Made by a program: the position numbers and the translations under genes. Below are positions 18,731 through 29,954 of a DNA stretch of 64,000 nucleotides, piece after piece. This DNA is from Gammaproteobacteria bacterium (GTDB lineage: Bacteria > Pseudomonadota > Gammaproteobacteria > WOZS01). The stretch spans positions 130-64,129 of the forward strand of contig WOZS01000014.1 of the NCBI GenBank assembly GCA_011620135.1, written 5' to 3'. Position 1 is the first letter of the stretch; every line of letters begins with the position of its first letter. The notes beneath the pieces were generated by a model. The model had not been told where the DNA came from and searched no databases. It saw only the letters and a program-made list of their open reading frames with translations.

Positions 18731-20856
18731 TGGAGCGACGCGCCTTTCTGGGCAGTGGGCTGGTGATGGCGGTTTCCATGACCGGGGCGCTGCCTCTCCG
18801 GGCAGCGCTGCTGGAGGACAACCTCGAATGCGGGGTCTTCCTGGAGCTCCAGGCAGACGGTCTCGTGCGTCTTTTTCTCAACAAGAGCGAGATGGGCCAG
18901 GGCGTGATGACCGGCCTTGCGCAGATCGTCGCCGATGAATTGGGGGTGGCCTGGGAGGCCATGCGCCTTGTCCAGGCCAGGGCCGAGGAGCGTTATGTGG
19001 ACCCGGTGGGAGGCCGCATGGTGACTGGGGGCTCTACCAGCATCCGCCATATGTGGCGCCCATTGCAGGAAGCCGCGGCCACGGCCCGGGAGCTGTTGAT
19101 CCAGGCGGCAGCTGTGACCTGGGGGGTGGAGCCTGGTACGGTGCGCATGGATGGCGGCCTGTTGGCAACCGGCAACGGGCACAGTGCGCCTTTTGGCCGG
19201 TTTATCGCCTTAGCCAAAAGGATGCCATGGCCGGAGCGCTCCCAGCTGCGCCTGCGTTCCGCCGACCAGCACACGCTGCTGGGCCGCCCGGTGCCCCGGG
19301 TCGATGTGCCGGACAAGGTCCAGGGCCGCGCCTGTTTTGGCCTGGATGCAAGACCTCGGGATGTGCCGGTGGCTGTGTTGGCCTGGCCGCCCGCCTTTGG
19401 CGCCCGCCCCGGTCGCATCGATGAGGCCGCCGCCCGGGCCATGGCCGGGGTGCGCCATGTGGTTCCCCTGGAAGGGGCTGTGGCCGTGGTGGCCGATACC
19501 ACCTACCAGGCGCTGCAGGGGGCTGAGGCGCTGGGTGTGGACTGGCAAGGTGGCGCCAGGCTGGATGACCGGATCGTGACCGAATCCTTTGCCGCGGCCC
19601 TGCAGCAACAAGGGTTGCTGGCCGTGCACCGGGGCGAGGTGGAAATGGGTCTTGCGGGGGCGAAAACCATCGAGGCTTTCTATGAGCTGCCCTATCTTGC
19701 CCATGTGACCATGGAGCCCATGAACTGTACCGTGCTCTGGCACAAGGATCGCTGCCAGATCCATGTGGGCACCCAGAACCAGACCGAGGCTCTGGCCACG
19801 GCCGCCCGGGTCTCGGGGCTGCCGCCGGCGCGCATCGATATACAGACCACCTATCTTGGTGGCGGTTTTGGTCGACGCCTTGCCACCGACATGGTGGCCG
19901 AGGCGGTGGCCATCGCCAAGGCGATCGATGGCCCGGTGCAGCTGGTGCATCGGCGTGAACACGACTTCCAGGCCGGCATGTTCCGCCCCGGCTGCCATAG
20001 CCTCCTGCGCGGCGCCGTGGGGGAAGACGGCGCCATCCTGGCCTGGTCGCATCATGTGGCCACCCAGCCCCTGGCTGGTCCCGGTGGGCAAAAACCGGGG
20101 GTGGATCGGGCCGCTGTGGCCGGCGTGGCGGACCTGCCTTATGCCGTCAAGGCCCTGGAGGTGCGCTGGTCGCCTGTGACGCTGCCTATCCCGGTATGGC
20201 CGTGGCGCTCCGTGGGGGCCAGCCACAACGCCTTTGTGGTGGAGTCTTTCGTGGATGAACTGGCCTATCTGGCACAGGCCGATCCCCTGGCCTACCGCCT
20301 GAGCCTGCTGCAGGGCAACGAGGCGGCGCTGAACGTGCTGCGCCTGGCGGGTGAGCATGCCGCTTACAGACCCAAGCCAGCTGGTGGTGGCCGACGCCAG
20401 GGGGTCGCCTATCATTACAGCTTCGGCAGCAATTGCGCCATGGTGGCGGATGTGACGGTTCAGGATGGCCGGCCGAAGGTGGCGCGTGTGGTGGCGGTAC
20501 TGGATTGTGGCCCCGTGGTCAATCACGACCTGGTGGCGGCCCAGGTGGAAGGTGCGGTGGTCATGGGGCTTTCTGCCGCCATGAAAGAGGCGGTCCATTT
20601 TGCCGAGGGGGGGGTGCAAAGCGTCAACCTCCATCAGTACGATCTGCTGCGCTGCGATGAGGTGCCACCCATCGAGGTGCATCTCACCCAGGTCATGCGC
20701 GAGGTGGGGGGCGTGGGAGAGCCGGCGTTGCCTCCTGTGGCCCCGGCGCTGGCCAATGGGTATTTCGCGGCCACCGGCCGCAGGATACGCCGCCTGCCAT
20801 TCCTGGCCGCCCTCGACCAGCCAGTCAGGCAACACACCCCCCCGGCCGCTTCCTAA
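18730..20856 (+). CDS. molybdopterin-binding large subunit of a molybdenum hydroxylase (IorB-like), with twin-arginine signal
   Basis: The start at 18730 gives [28 protein letters not shown], containing a TAT motif RRxFLG. The rest is a xanthine dehydrogenase-family MoCo domain. The six-frame ORF extends upstream to 18349, but that stretch overlaps the small-subunit gene. Confidence 0.8.
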   Translation: MERRAFLGSGLVMAVSMTGALPLRAALLEDNLECGVFLELQADGLVRLFLNKSEMGQGVMTGLAQIVADELGVAWEAMRLVQARAEERYVDPVGGRMVTGGSTSIRHMWRPLQEAAATARELLIQAAAVTWGVEPGTVRMDGGLLATGNGHSAPFGRFIALAKRMPWPERSQLRLRSADQHTLLGRPVPRVDVPDKVQGRACFGLDARPRDVPVAVLAWPPAFGARPGRIDEAAARAMAGVRHVVPLEGAVAVVADTTYQALQGAEALGVDWQGGARLDDRIVTESFAAALQQQGLLAVHRGEVEMGLAGAKTIEAFYELPYLAHVTMEPMNCTVLWHKDRCQIHVGTQNQTEALATAARVSGLPPARIDIQTTYLGGGFGRRLATDMVAEAVAIAKAIDGPVQLVHRREHDFQAGMFRPGCHSLLRGAVGEDGAILAWSHHVATQPLAGPGGQKPGVDRAAVAGVADLPYAVKALEVRWSPVTLPIPVWPWRSVGASHNAFVVESFVDELAYLAQADPLAYRLSLLQGNEAALNVLRLAGEHAAYRPKPAGGGRRQGVAYHYSFGSNCAMVADVTVQDGRPKVARVVAVLDCGPVVNHDLVAAQVEGAVVMGLSAAMKEAVHFAEGGVQSVNLHQYDLLRCDEVPPIEVHLTQVMREVGGVGEPALPPVAPALANGYFAATGRRIRRLPFLAALDQPVRQHTPPAAS

Positions 20857-20887
20857 GCAGCAGCAAGCCGAGCAACACGAGGAGAGC

Positions 20888-22075
20888 ATGCCGCAGCATC
20901 GTTTTGGACGCATCGAACGGCTACCACCCTATGTCCTGGGAACGGTCAATGAGTGGCGCCGCGCGGCCCGGGCCCGGGGTGAGGACATCATTGACCTGGG
21001 GATGGGCAATCCCGACGAGGCAGCCCCCGCCCATGTGGTGGCCAAGCTGCAGGAGGTGGCGGGTCGCAGCGGCACCCATGGCTATTCCCAGTCCCGGGGC
21101 ATTCCCCGCTTACGTCGTGCCATCTGCAACTGGTATGGGGAGCGCTTTGGGGTGGTCCTGGACCCGGATCATGAAGCCATTGTCACCATGGGCTCCAAGG
21201 AGGGGCTGGCGCATCTGGCCATGGCGCTGACCGAGCCTGGCGACGTGGTGTTGGTTCCGGACCCCAGCTACCCCGTGCACCCCTATGGTTTCGTGATTGC
21301 CGGTGCCGACATCCGCCGCTTGGCCATGCCGGATGATGGCGACGAGGACCAGTTTTTCGGCAATCTCCAAGAGGCGGTGCACAACACCCTGCCCAGACCC
21401 AAGGTGCTGGTGCTCAATTTTCCCAGCAACCCCACCACCCAATGTGTGACGGTGGATTTTTTTCATGGGGTGATCGAGGCAGCACAGCGCCTGGATCTGT
21501 GGGTGATCCATGATCTCGCCTATGCCGATCTGTGCTTCGACGGCTATGTGGCCCCTTCCATCCTGCAGGTGCCAGGCGCCAAGGACTGGGCCGTGGAATC
21601 GTTCAGCCTCAGCAAGAGCTACAACATGGCCGGTTTCCGGGTGGGGTTTCTCTGTGGGAATGCCGAGCTTGTGCATGCCCTGGGGCGTCTTAAGTCCTAT
21701 CTGGACTATGGCACCTTCACGCCCATCCAGGTGGCGGCCATCGCCGCCCTGGAAGGCCCCCAGGGTTGCGTGGCGGAGAATCGTGAGCGTTACCGGTTGC
21801 GGCGCGATGTGCTGATCGAGGGGCTGGGTCGGGCCGGTTGGGACGTCCCTCCCCCCAGGGCCACCATGTTCGCCTGGGCGCGTATTCCTGAGTCCTGCCG
21901 GGAAATGGGTTCGCTTGCCTTTGCCAAGCTGCTGGTGGACCAGGCCCATGTGGCCGTCTCCCCGGGCATCGGCTTTGGGGAACGCGGCGAGGGCTACGTG
22001 CGTTTTGCCCTGGTGGAAAACACCGAGCGCATCCGGCAGGCCACACGCAACATCAAGAGGGTCTTGCGTACCTAG
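20888..22075 (+). CDS. PLP-dependent aminotransferase class I (AlaC/alanine transaminase-like)
   Basis: Starts [18 protein letters not shown], preceded by GGAGAG. The PLP lysine sits in the [14 protein letters not shown] motif. The six-frame ORF extends further upstream. Confidence 0.85.
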   Translation: MPQHRFGRIERLPPYVLGTVNEWRRAARARGEDIIDLGMGNPDEAAPAHVVAKLQEVAGRSGTHGYSQSRGIPRLRRAICNWYGERFGVVLDPDHEAIVTMGSKEGLAHLAMALTEPGDVVLVPDPSYPVHPYGFVIAGADIRRLAMPDDGDEDQFFGNLQEAVHNTLPRPKVLVLNFPSNPTTQCVTVDFFHGVIEAAQRLDLWVIHDLAYADLCFDGYVAPSILQVPGAKDWAVESFSLSKSYNMAGFRVGFLCGNAELVHALGRLKSYLDYGTFTPIQVAAIAALEGPQGCVAENRERYRLRRDVLIEGLGRAGWDVPPPRATMFAWARIPESCREMGSLAFAKLLVDQAHVAVSPGIGFGERGEGYVRFALVENTERIRQATRNIKRVLRT

Positions 22076-23115
22076 ATGTTGCTCTCGCCGCTTGTCTTGC
22101 GAGTGGGGGGGAGAGGCCCATCGACCCCCTGGGCATGCTGCGGGAGATGGGCGGCCAGGTCATGGAACAACTGGGCGCGTTCCAGAGGGTGGGCGGTATG
22201 CTGCAAGCGCTCGACCACCGCGCGCTGCAGATGGGGAGCGAACAATTCCATGAAGTCATACATGAAACCGCGCAACTGGCGCCGGGCTGCAAAGCCGATG
22301 TAGGTGATGTTCTCGGCGAACAGATGGTCTGCCTCGAGGTAGGCGAGATCTGTGTCCTCATCGGCAAGATAGGCCATGTGGGCGATGATGCCCACGCCCA
22401 GGCCGAGGCGCACGTAGGTCTTGATCACATCGGCATCCACGGCGCTCAAGACCACCTGGGGGTGCAGGCCGTGCCGGGCAAAGGCCTCATCGAGATGAAA
22501 CCGCCCCGTGAAGCCATGTACGTAGGTGATGAGCGGATAGCTGGCGACGATCTCCAGCGTGAGGGATGAGCCCTGCTGGGCCAGCGGGTGATCCCGTGGT
22601 ACGATGATGCCATGATCCCAGCGGTAGCACGGCAGAATGATCAGGTTTTCGTATAACCCCATGGATTCTGTGGCGATGGCAAAATCCACCTGACCCCTGG
22701 CCGCCCAGTCTGCCACCTGGGGTGGGGTGCCCTGGTGCAGGTGGACATTCACATGGGGATAGCGCTGCCGGAAGGAGGAGACGGTGGCAGGCAGCACATA
22801 ACGAGCCTGGTTGTGGGTGGTGCCCAGGAGCAGTTCGCCGCTGCTCTCATCACGGTGTTCCTCGGCGATGGCTCGGATGTTGGCCGCTTCCCGCAACAGC
22901 TCTTCTGCCAATTGCACGATGGTGTCCCCAGCTGCGGTCAGCCGGGTGAGATGCTTGCCCTGGCGCTGGAAGATGAGCACCCCCAGTTCTTCTTCAAGCG
23001 CGCGAATCTGCTTGCTGATGCCTGGCTGGGAGGTGCCCAGCATGATGGCCGCCCTGCTGATGTTGAGGTCACAGGCTACCACCTCGACGATGTAGCGTAG
23101 TTGTTGCAGAGTCAA
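22072..23115 (-). CDS. cysB: LysR-family transcriptional regulator CysB
   Basis: 347 aa. [46 protein letters not shown] matches the CysB HTH. The alignment extends through CysB. About 23 residues of C-terminal extension are present. The 3' end overlaps the convergent aminotransferase gene by 4 bp. Confidence 0.85.
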   Translation of the reverse strand: MTLQQLRYIVEVVACDLNISRAAIMLGTSQPGISKQIRALEEELGVLIFQRQGKHLTRLTAAGDTIVQLAEELLREAANIRAIAEEHRDESSGELLLGTTHNQARYVLPATVSSFRQRYPHVNVHLHQGTPPQVADWAARGQVDFAIATESMGLYENLIILPCYRWDHGIIVPRDHPLAQQGSSLTLEIVASYPLITYVHGFTGRFHLDEAFARHGLHPQVVLSAVDADVIKTYVRLGLGVGIIAHMAYLADEDTDLAYLEADHLFAENITYIGFAARRQLRGFMYDFMELFAPHLQRAVVERLQHTAHPLERAQLFHDLAAHLPQHAQGVDGPLPPTRKTSGESNI

Positions 23116-23517
23116 CGGATATGCCCCCTGGGCGCGTTGTTCAGGCTATTATAATGACCACGATAAGGCCCCCTCAGGCGCCAACAGCTGTCTCGAGGTT
23201 GGCTGCCGGGAAAAAGCCGCGTGACCATTGCTTGTCAACAGGGCTGCCGCTTTGCTATAAACCTGAAGAAGCACCGCTTGCTTGTTGGGTATGGAGGAAA
23301 GCCAAAGCAGTGGTTTCTTTTTTGCATTGCCTTACCCAAGGCTGGTTTCATTCAGGCGGCTTGCTCATGCTGCCGGTCATTGTGCATGCTGGCCACAAGG
23401 AAGGCAAGATGCAAGCAAGCTGCATGATGCAAAAGCAATGAAATCACGGGAAATAACGAGATAAAAAACGAGAAAAACGGACTCAAAGAGAATAAAGATG
23501 ATCAGACGCATTGCGCC

Positions 23518-25344
23518 GTGACCACTGGCATGTCCCTGGGGGGGAGGGCCCAGCAACGCGCCGCCATGACCTTTTTTGGTCTTTTTGTCTTGTTTGTGGT
23601 GGCGTGGCTGGGCGTGCGCCATGAGCGTCGCGGTCATGAAAGCGAGACAATCAGATTGTTGGCAGAGCAGGTGGCCTATCGTTTTGGTCGCGAGGTGGAG
23701 ATCCATCTGGCGCTGGCCACCATGGTGAAAAGCCGTCTGCAAGACGGAGAGGCCATCGACCAGGAACGTTTCCGCGAAACGGTCTCTCATGTGCAGCATA
23801 GCTTCAGCTCCATTGCGGCCATTGCCTTCCTGACCCCGGAGATGACTGTCCGTTGGATGATGCCCGAGGGCAATTTCTTCCTGGGCGGACTGCCCCTGTT
23901 CGATCAACCCATGCAGCATGAATTGATGATGCGCTCTTTCCTGGAAAAGAAGACCGTCATCTCGCCGCCGTTGCAGGGCGACCAGGGGTCCGTCCTGCTG
24001 ACGGCCTATATCCCGGTTTCCAGTCAGGGTCGTTTTGTGGGCTATCTGAGCCCCGTGCTCCGTCTGGATGTGCTGTTTCAAAGTTTGCTCAATCCGGGTT
24101 TTTTGCATTCCTATGTGGTTCGGGTGCTGGATCAGGCCAGCGGTAATATTATATACAGAAATACTACAGATGAAAAGAATGCAGATTTTTCCGATGCCCC
24201 CATATTCGTGGCTGGCCGCCATTTTGTGGTGCAGCTGGCGTCCTCCCGGTCCGACTCCTGGTTGCTGCCTATCGTGATCCTGTCCTGTGCTTTCTTGGCA
24301 TCTCTGTTATCAGCCATGCTGGTCTATCAGCGCACATGGCACGGCATCGAGATGTATCGGCAGCGCGCGCGCTTCAAGGAAATGGCCGACATGCTACCTG
24401 AAATGATGGTCCTGGAGTTGCGCAATGATCCCGTGCAGCGCTGGCCCATCAGCTACATGAACAAGGCCGCAAGGCGGGCCTTGTCCAGTGGAAACGGCAA
24501 TACGGAAGATCAAGGCGGGCTCAGTCTGTTCGATGTCGCCAGTGAACAGAGCTATGATGCGCTGGATCAGAAACTCGGCGAACTGCGACATATCGGCGAA
24601 CCGCAGCAGGATGGGGCCTTGGTGCTGAGATTGGCGGACATCCAGCTGTATCGGGCCAACGCAGCTGCCACCTTTCCCGCCGAAATCGTCGTCAGGGCCA
24701 TCTTGAACAAGGAAAACAATGAGGTGGTGGGTTTTCAATGTGTCATTCGGGACAAGACGGCGGATATCGAGGGTCAGCTCAAGCTGGAACAGGCTGCCAC
24801 CCATGATGCCCTGACGGGGTTGCCCAACCGCAGCCTGTTCTATGACCGCTTGGAGCAGGCTATCGGCCGGGCCCGGCGCATGGGTTCGCGCCTGGCAGTG
24901 CTGTTCTGCGATCTCGACAAGTTCAAACAGGTCAACGATACCCTTGGCCACCACGCTGGCGATGACCTGCTGCGCCAGGTGGCAAGACGCATGAGGGAAG
25001 CGGTGCGCGAGACGGACACCGTGGCGCGGCTTGCCGGGGATGAGTTTGTTTTCATCGTCGAGGGGCTTTCTGGCAGCGCAGATGTCTGGCCGGCGGTGGA
25101 TGCTTGCTGTTCCAAGATCATCGATCATGCGAGCGGAAGCTATGTCATTGGCGATGGCCATAATACCGTACATATCGGGCTTTCCATCGGCGTCAGCATT
25201 TTTCCGGATCACGGGGACAGCGCCGACGAGCTGCTCATCAAGGCTGACCATTCCATGTACCGCGCAAAGGCCTGCGGTGGCAACGTCTTTCGCATGGACG
25301 TGATCTTGTTGAGCGACGCGCCTGCCCCGTCAAGCAGTCAATAG
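23518..25344 (+). CDS. sensor diguanylate cyclase: periplasmic sensor domain between two TM segments, PAS domain, GGDEF domain with AGDEF variant
   Basis: 608 aa. TM1 is FFGLFVLFVVAWLGV and TM2 is LLPIVILSCAFLASLLSAMLVY. GGDEF domain features: THDALTGLPNR, RETD I-site, ARLAGDEFVF, YRAKACGGN. There is no EAL domain. The start is GTG 23518 or ATG 23530. Confidence 0.85.
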   Translation: MTTGMSLGGRAQQRAAMTFFGLFVLFVVAWLGVRHERRGHESETIRLLAEQVAYRFGREVEIHLALATMVKSRLQDGEAIDQERFRETVSHVQHSFSSIAAIAFLTPEMTVRWMMPEGNFFLGGLPLFDQPMQHELMMRSFLEKKTVISPPLQGDQGSVLLTAYIPVSSQGRFVGYLSPVLRLDVLFQSLLNPGFLHSYVVRVLDQASGNIIYRNTTDEKNADFSDAPIFVAGRHFVVQLASSRSDSWLLPIVILSCAFLASLLSAMLVYQRTWHGIEMYRQRARFKEMADMLPEMMVLELRNDPVQRWPISYMNKAARRALSSGNGNTEDQGGLSLFDVASEQSYDALDQKLGELRHIGEPQQDGALVLRLADIQLYRANAAATFPAEIVVRAILNKENNEVVGFQCVIRDKTADIEGQLKLEQAATHDALTGLPNRSLFYDRLEQAIGRARRMGSRLAVLFCDLDKFKQVNDTLGHHAGDDLLRQVARRMREAVRETDTVARLAGDEFVFIVEGLSGSADVWPAVDACCSKIIDHASGSYVIGDGHNTVHIGLSIGVSIFPDHGDSADELLIKADHSMYRAKACGGNVFRMDVILLSDAPAPSSSQ

Positions 25345-26481
25345 GCGGCAACAGGTATCCTGATAAATGGCCGCCAAAAGCCCCAGTTCTTCTGGAATGA
25401 CCCATTCATCAATCTGATGACTGCTCTCGTTGCGCGGCCCAAGCTCCGCCACCTCGACGCTGTGGGCATGGAAAAAACGCCCGTCGGAGGTGCCTCCCGC
25501 CGTGGAAAGATGTGGTTCGATGCCGGTGACAGCACTGGCAGCGCCAGAGAGCGCCTGAAGCAAGCGCCCCTGGACGCTGAGAAAGGGATGGGCGCCCTCC
25601 GTCCACTGCAGTGCGTGGCTGAGATGATGTTGCTCCAGAAGAGCAGCGATCAGTTGTTGTAACTGCTGGGCCGTGGTGGGGGGTGGGTAACGGCAGTTGA
25701 GTCGGACCACCAGTTCCGGCGGAATGACATTGTCGGCGCCCACGCCGGCATGGATGTTGGTAAGCTGCAAGGAGGTGGGGGCAAAGAGCGCGTTGCCATC
25801 GGCAAAATCATGGCCCGCCAGGGCCTGCAAGGCGGGCAGGGCCAGATGGATGGGGTTGTCAGCCTTTTTGGGATAGGCCACATGGCCCTGTTTGCCGAAG
25901 ATGGTGCAGGCTGCGCTCAACGAGCCCCGGCGCCCCACCTTGATGACATCGCCCAGGCGATCCTCTGAAGAAGGCTCGCCCACCAGGGCGAAATCCATCA
26001 CCCAGCCTTCATCGCGCAAGGCGCGCAGCGCCATGGCCGTCCCCTCGGTGGCCGGGCCTTCCTCGTCGCTGGTGAGCAGGAGCGTCAGGGTGCCGCGGTG
26101 CTGGGGATAGGCATGGACGAACCGTTTCATGGCCACCACCATGGCTGCCACGGCGCCTTTCATGTCGGCCGCACCGCGACCGTACAGCCTGCCGTCGCGG
26201 AAGGTGGGCGTGAAGGGGTCCGTGCGCCAGCGGTTGAGCGGGCCTGGCGGCACCACATCGGTATGTCCCGCAAGACAAAGCACCGGTGCTCCCTGGCCGT
26301 GCCAGGCGAACAGATTGCTCACATGGCCAAAGGGCAGGTGCCTGATCCTGCAGCCTGCTCCGGCGAGATGTTCGGCAACGAGTTCCTGACAACCAGCGTC
26401 GTCTGGTGTCACCGAAGGCCGCTCCATGAGCATCATGGCCAACGACACCACCTCATTGTGGGCTGCTGAGGGCATGGTCAT
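25330..26481 (-). CDS. dapE: succinyl-diaminopimelate desuccinylase
   Basis: 383 aa. M20 peptidase motifs ([20 protein letters not shown]). It is adjacent to dapD. Confidence 0.9.
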   Translation of the reverse strand: MTMPSAAHNEVVSLAMMLMERPSVTPDDAGCQELVAEHLAGAGCRIRHLPFGHVSNLFAWHGQGAPVLCLAGHTDVVPPGPLNRWRTDPFTPTFRDGRLYGRGAADMKGAVAAMVVAMKRFVHAYPQHRGTLTLLLTSDEEGPATEGTAMALRALRDEGWVMDFALVGEPSSEDRLGDVIKVGRRGSLSAACTIFGKQGHVAYPKKADNPIHLALPALQALAGHDFADGNALFAPTSLQLTNIHAGVGADNVIPPELVVRLNCRYPPPTTAQQLQQLIAALLEQHHLSHALQWTEGAHPFLSVQGRLLQALSGAASAVTGIEPHLSTAGGTSDGRFFHAHSVEVAELGPRNESSHQIDEWVIPEELGLLAAIYQDTCCRLLTA

Positions 26482-27323
26482 GTTCCGGCATCGCGCAGCA
26501 GGTCGTTGAGCGCTGTCTTGCCCCGGGTCTGGGCATCCACCTGCTTGACGATCACAGCACAGGCCAGGCTGTGGCTGCCATCGGCTGCCGGCAGCGTTCC
26601 TGGGACCACCACCGAATAGGGGGGCACGAGTCCCGGGGGCAAAAGCTTGTTGTGCTGCCGATGGAAGAGTTTGGTGCTCTGTCCCAGGAACACGCCCATG
26701 GCGATGACCGACCCCTGTCCGACTCGCACGCCTTCTGCAATCTCGCTGCGCGCCCCGATGAAGCAGTCATCCTCGATGATGGTGGGTTGTGCCTGCAGGG
26801 GCTCCAGCACCCCACCGATACCTGCCCCGCCGGAGATGTGGCAGCGCGCGCCGACCTGGGCGCATGAGCCGATGGTGGCCCAGGTATCCACCATGGTGCC
26901 CTGCCCCACATGAGCACCGATGTTGATGAACGAGGGCATCAGCACCACATCCCTGGCCACGTGGGCACCGCGGCGTACCAGGGCTCCGGGAACGGCGCGA
27001 TAGCCTGCGGCACGAAACTCGGTCTCGGACCAGCCCTGGTGGCGCAGCGGGATGCGGTCGAAGAAATTGGTCAGTGGCGTGGCCATGCAGGTCTGCTCGA
27101 AGAGCCGGAAACACAGCAGGATGGCCTGTTTGACCCAGGTGTGCACCAGGTAGCCGCCTTGCCCGTCAGGTTCGGCAGCACGGATCTGCCCGGTCTCCAG
27201 CAGCTCCAGGGCGGCAAGCACGTGCTCGCGCATGGTGGTGTCGTGCCGCAGCTCGTCGGGTCCTGCGGCGCAGGCGACGGCGATGTGGTGTGCCAGCTCT
27301 GGGTATCGGTCGTTCATGGGCAC
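26478..27323 (-). CDS. dapD: 2,3,4,5-tetrahydropyridine-2,6-dicarboxylate N-succinyltransferase
   Basis: 281 aa with hexapeptide-repeat left-handed beta-helix. The DapD N-terminal domain is present. Confidence 0.9.
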   Translation of the reverse strand: MPMNDRYPELAHHIAVACAAGPDELRHDTTMREHVLAALELLETGQIRAAEPDGQGGYLVHTWVKQAILLCFRLFEQTCMATPLTNFFDRIPLRHQGWSETEFRAAGYRAVPGALVRRGAHVARDVVLMPSFINIGAHVGQGTMVDTWATIGSCAQVGARCHISGGAGIGGVLEPLQAQPTIIEDDCFIGARSEIAEGVRVGQGSVIAMGVFLGQSTKLFHRQHNKLLPPGLVPPYSVVVPGTLPAADGSHSLACAVIVKQVDAQTRGKTALNDLLRDAGT

Positions 27324-29944
27324 GCAGCTCCCAGATGTTGTTCGATCACTTGGGCAATGGTATCCAATTGGGCCGGATCGGTGATGGGCAGATTCTGGAG
27401 GTCTGTGACCAGGAACACGTCCTCGGCACGCTCCCCGATGGTGGCGACCCGCGCACTGCGCAGGCGCAGCTTGAGCTCACCCAGCAGCTGGCCAAATTGG
27501 GAGAGCAAGCCGGGACGGTCGGGTGCCACCAGTTCGATCTGGGTATACCCTGCCCCGGGCGTGGTGGTGACGATGGCCTGGATAGGGGTGGTAAAGGCAC
27601 GGAAGCGGCTCGATTGGGTCCTGTTGACATCCAGCCGCAACTGGGTCGGTTGGGTGAGGGCCTGGGTGAGGGTTTGCTGCAGCTGACGGAGACGATAGGC
27701 GGAGGTGATGCGCTGCCCGTCTTCCTCGAGGATGGTCCATGAGGCCGTGATCCATTGATCGCGGCGCGGTAAGAGATCGGCTGCCTCCACGGCAAAGCCC
27801 ATCTGGCGAATCAGCGCGCTGATCAGCACGAACAGGTCGTCCCGGGGGGGGCTGGCCACGAAGACGACTGTGGCCGAGCGGCGCTGATCCGTATACAGCG
27901 CCACCACGGCTTCCCCCGGCGGCGCTTTCAGCATGGCCATGGTCTCTGCGGCGATGTCATGACCGTCGTGCTGGCGGAAATAGTCTGGATTCAGGCGCTG
28001 CCAGAGTTGGGCGATGGCGCACAGGGGCACCTGGCGCTGCTTGAGCAGGCGCAGTGCCTGACGCTTGGCGCGCCGTTCCAGGCGCTGGGATACCAGCTGC
28101 GGCGAGGGGCTGGTGAAGGCCTCCTGGGCGCGTTCGTACAGCCTGATCAGCAGGCTCATCTTCCAGGCTGTCAGCAGGAGGGGGTTGGTGGCCCGCATGT
28201 CGGCTACCGTGAGCAGAAAAAGATGATCCAGTCGCCCGGGATCACCCACCTGTCGCGTCAGTTCGGTGATGACCTGGGGATCGGAGATGTCGCGGCGCTG
28301 TGCGGTCAGAGACAGCAGAAGATGGTTCGCCACCAGAAAGGCCACCAACTCACGCTGATCACTGCTCAGGCCATGTGCCTTGGCAAAGCGGCGTACCAGG
28401 GCAGCCCCCAGTCTGGAGTGATCGCCGCCCCTGCCCTTGGCCAGATCGTGAAACAGGGCAGCTATCGCCAGCAGTTCTGGTTTGGGGATGCGTTGCATCA
28501 ACCTGGTACACAATCGATTGTGGTCATACCCCTTGCGGATCCGCGCCAGCTCCCCAACCATGAACAGGGCGTGCTGATCGACTGTATATGTATGAAATAA
28601 ATCAAACTGCATGTGGGCCGTCACCCGCCGAAAGGCCGGTATGTAATGGCCCAGGACGCCATAGCGGTTCATCTCCATCAGCGTGGTGGCGCCATGGATG
28701 CTCTGGCGCAGGATGCCAAGAAACAGGCGATGGGCCTCGGGATCATGGCGCAAGGCCCGCACCACGGGGGCTGCGCTGTGCAGCTGGCGCAGGGTGACAG
28801 CACGCATCCCCCGCAGCCAGGGGCAGACTGCAAGCCACCAGAACGCCTCGAGACAAGTCAGGGGTTGGCTTGTGAACAGATCGGAGGCATGGGCTTCCAG
28901 AAACCCGGCTCGCGCTGCGAAATGGCCCCCGGGCAGGATGATGGCCCTGCCCTCGTGGCGATGCAATACGCTTTCCTCGAAATGCTGCAACAGCAACTGA
29001 TTGAGGCGCTCCACCTCCCGGGCGGCTTGATAGTAGCGCTGCATGAAGCGCTCCACGGCCCTGTTGTTGTCCCCGCGGTACCCGAAGAGCTTGGCCACCT
29101 GGAGCTGGTAGTGGAACAGCAGGCGATCCTCGCGACGTCCCGCCAGGACATGGAGCGCATAGCGCACGCGAAACAGGAAATGCCTGGCCGTCAATAGGGA
29201 GGTGCGCTCGGCGGCGGTGAGATAGCCGGCTTGGACCAGGTCGCTCAGCCGCACCCTCCCGGCATGGCGACGCAGCACCCAGAAGATGGTGTGCAGATCC
29301 CTGAGGCCCCCTGGCCCTTCCTTGACGTTTGGCTCCAGCTGATAGGCGGTATCCTGAAAACGGGCATGGCGTTGTTGCTGTTCTTGGACCTTGGCGTCGA
29401 AAAAGGTCGAGGAATCCCACATGTGTTCCGGGGCGAGGGCCTGTCGCAATGTCTCGCCTGCGGCGTGCGGACCAATCAACAGCCGCGCCTCGCTCAGCGA
29501 GGTGAAGACGGTGATGTCCTGGACAGCAAGCTGACTGCAATCCGCAACGGAACGTACGCATGGGGAGATCTGGATGCCCAGATCCCAAAGGCAACGCACG
29601 AAGGCAGCCACCCGCTGGCGCAGGGCCCCGCCGGCTCTTTCCGGGATCAGCACCATGACATCCACGTCGGAGCAGGGATGCAGCTCCTGCCTGCCATAGC
29701 CGCCCAATGCAAACAGGGCCAGCTGTGGGAGGGGCTTGAAAAAAAATTCCCTGAACGCCTGACGCAGGGCTCGATCCAGGAGGCGACGTCTTTGCGCCAT
29801 GAGTGCCATGGCTGGTTGCCCTTCCAGAAAGGCCTGGCGCAGCAACTGGTCTTCATGGCGCAGCGCGCTTTGGGTTTTCCCGTCTCCACCACTGGGGTGC
29901 GGTCTTTTGGTCTGGGCGGGGGACGAAGACGTCGGCAGGCTCAT
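27314..29944 (-). CDS. glnD: bifunctional [protein-PII] uridylyltransferase / uridylyl-removing enzyme
   Basis: Nucleotidyltransferase, HD and two C-terminal ACT regions are present. The start at ATG 29944 (MSLPTSSSP...) gives about 876 aa. The six-frame ORF extends to 30106 but would overlap map. The map-glnD-dapD order is conserved, as in E. coli. Confidence 0.9.
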   Translation of the reverse strand: MSLPTSSSPAQTKRPHPSGGDGKTQSALRHEDQLLRQAFLEGQPAMALMAQRRRLLDRALRQAFREFFFKPLPQLALFALGGYGRQELHPCSDVDVMVLIPERAGGALRQRVAAFVRCLWDLGIQISPCVRSVADCSQLAVQDITVFTSLSEARLLIGPHAAGETLRQALAPEHMWDSSTFFDAKVQEQQQRHARFQDTAYQLEPNVKEGPGGLRDLHTIFWVLRRHAGRVRLSDLVQAGYLTAAERTSLLTARHFLFRVRYALHVLAGRREDRLLFHYQLQVAKLFGYRGDNNRAVERFMQRYYQAAREVERLNQLLLQHFEESVLHRHEGRAIILPGGHFAARAGFLEAHASDLFTSQPLTCLEAFWWLAVCPWLRGMRAVTLRQLHSAAPVVRALRHDPEAHRLFLGILRQSIHGATTLMEMNRYGVLGHYIPAFRRVTAHMQFDLFHTYTVDQHALFMVGELARIRKGYDHNRLCTRLMQRIPKPELLAIAALFHDLAKGRGGDHSRLGAALVRRFAKAHGLSSDQRELVAFLVANHLLLSLTAQRRDISDPQVITELTRQVGDPGRLDHLFLLTVADMRATNPLLLTAWKMSLLIRLYERAQEAFTSPSPQLVSQRLERRAKRQALRLLKQRQVPLCAIAQLWQRLNPDYFRQHDGHDIAAETMAMLKAPPGEAVVALYTDQRRSATVVFVASPPRDDLFVLISALIRQMGFAVEAADLLPRRDQWITASWTILEEDGQRITSAYRLRQLQQTLTQALTQPTQLRLDVNRTQSSRFRAFTTPIQAIVTTTPGAGYTQIELVAPDRPGLLSQFGQLLGELKLRLRSARVATIGERAEDVFLVTDLQNLPITDPAQLDTIAQVIEQHLGAACP

Positions 29945-29954
29945 GCGCCATGGC

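Noticed and set aside
19210-20913. 567-aa ORF antisense to the molybdopterin large-subunit gene
   Set aside because: It is a shadow ORF. Its translation is Gly/Arg/His-rich with no motif. The sense-strand gene has clear family signatures and a TAT signal.
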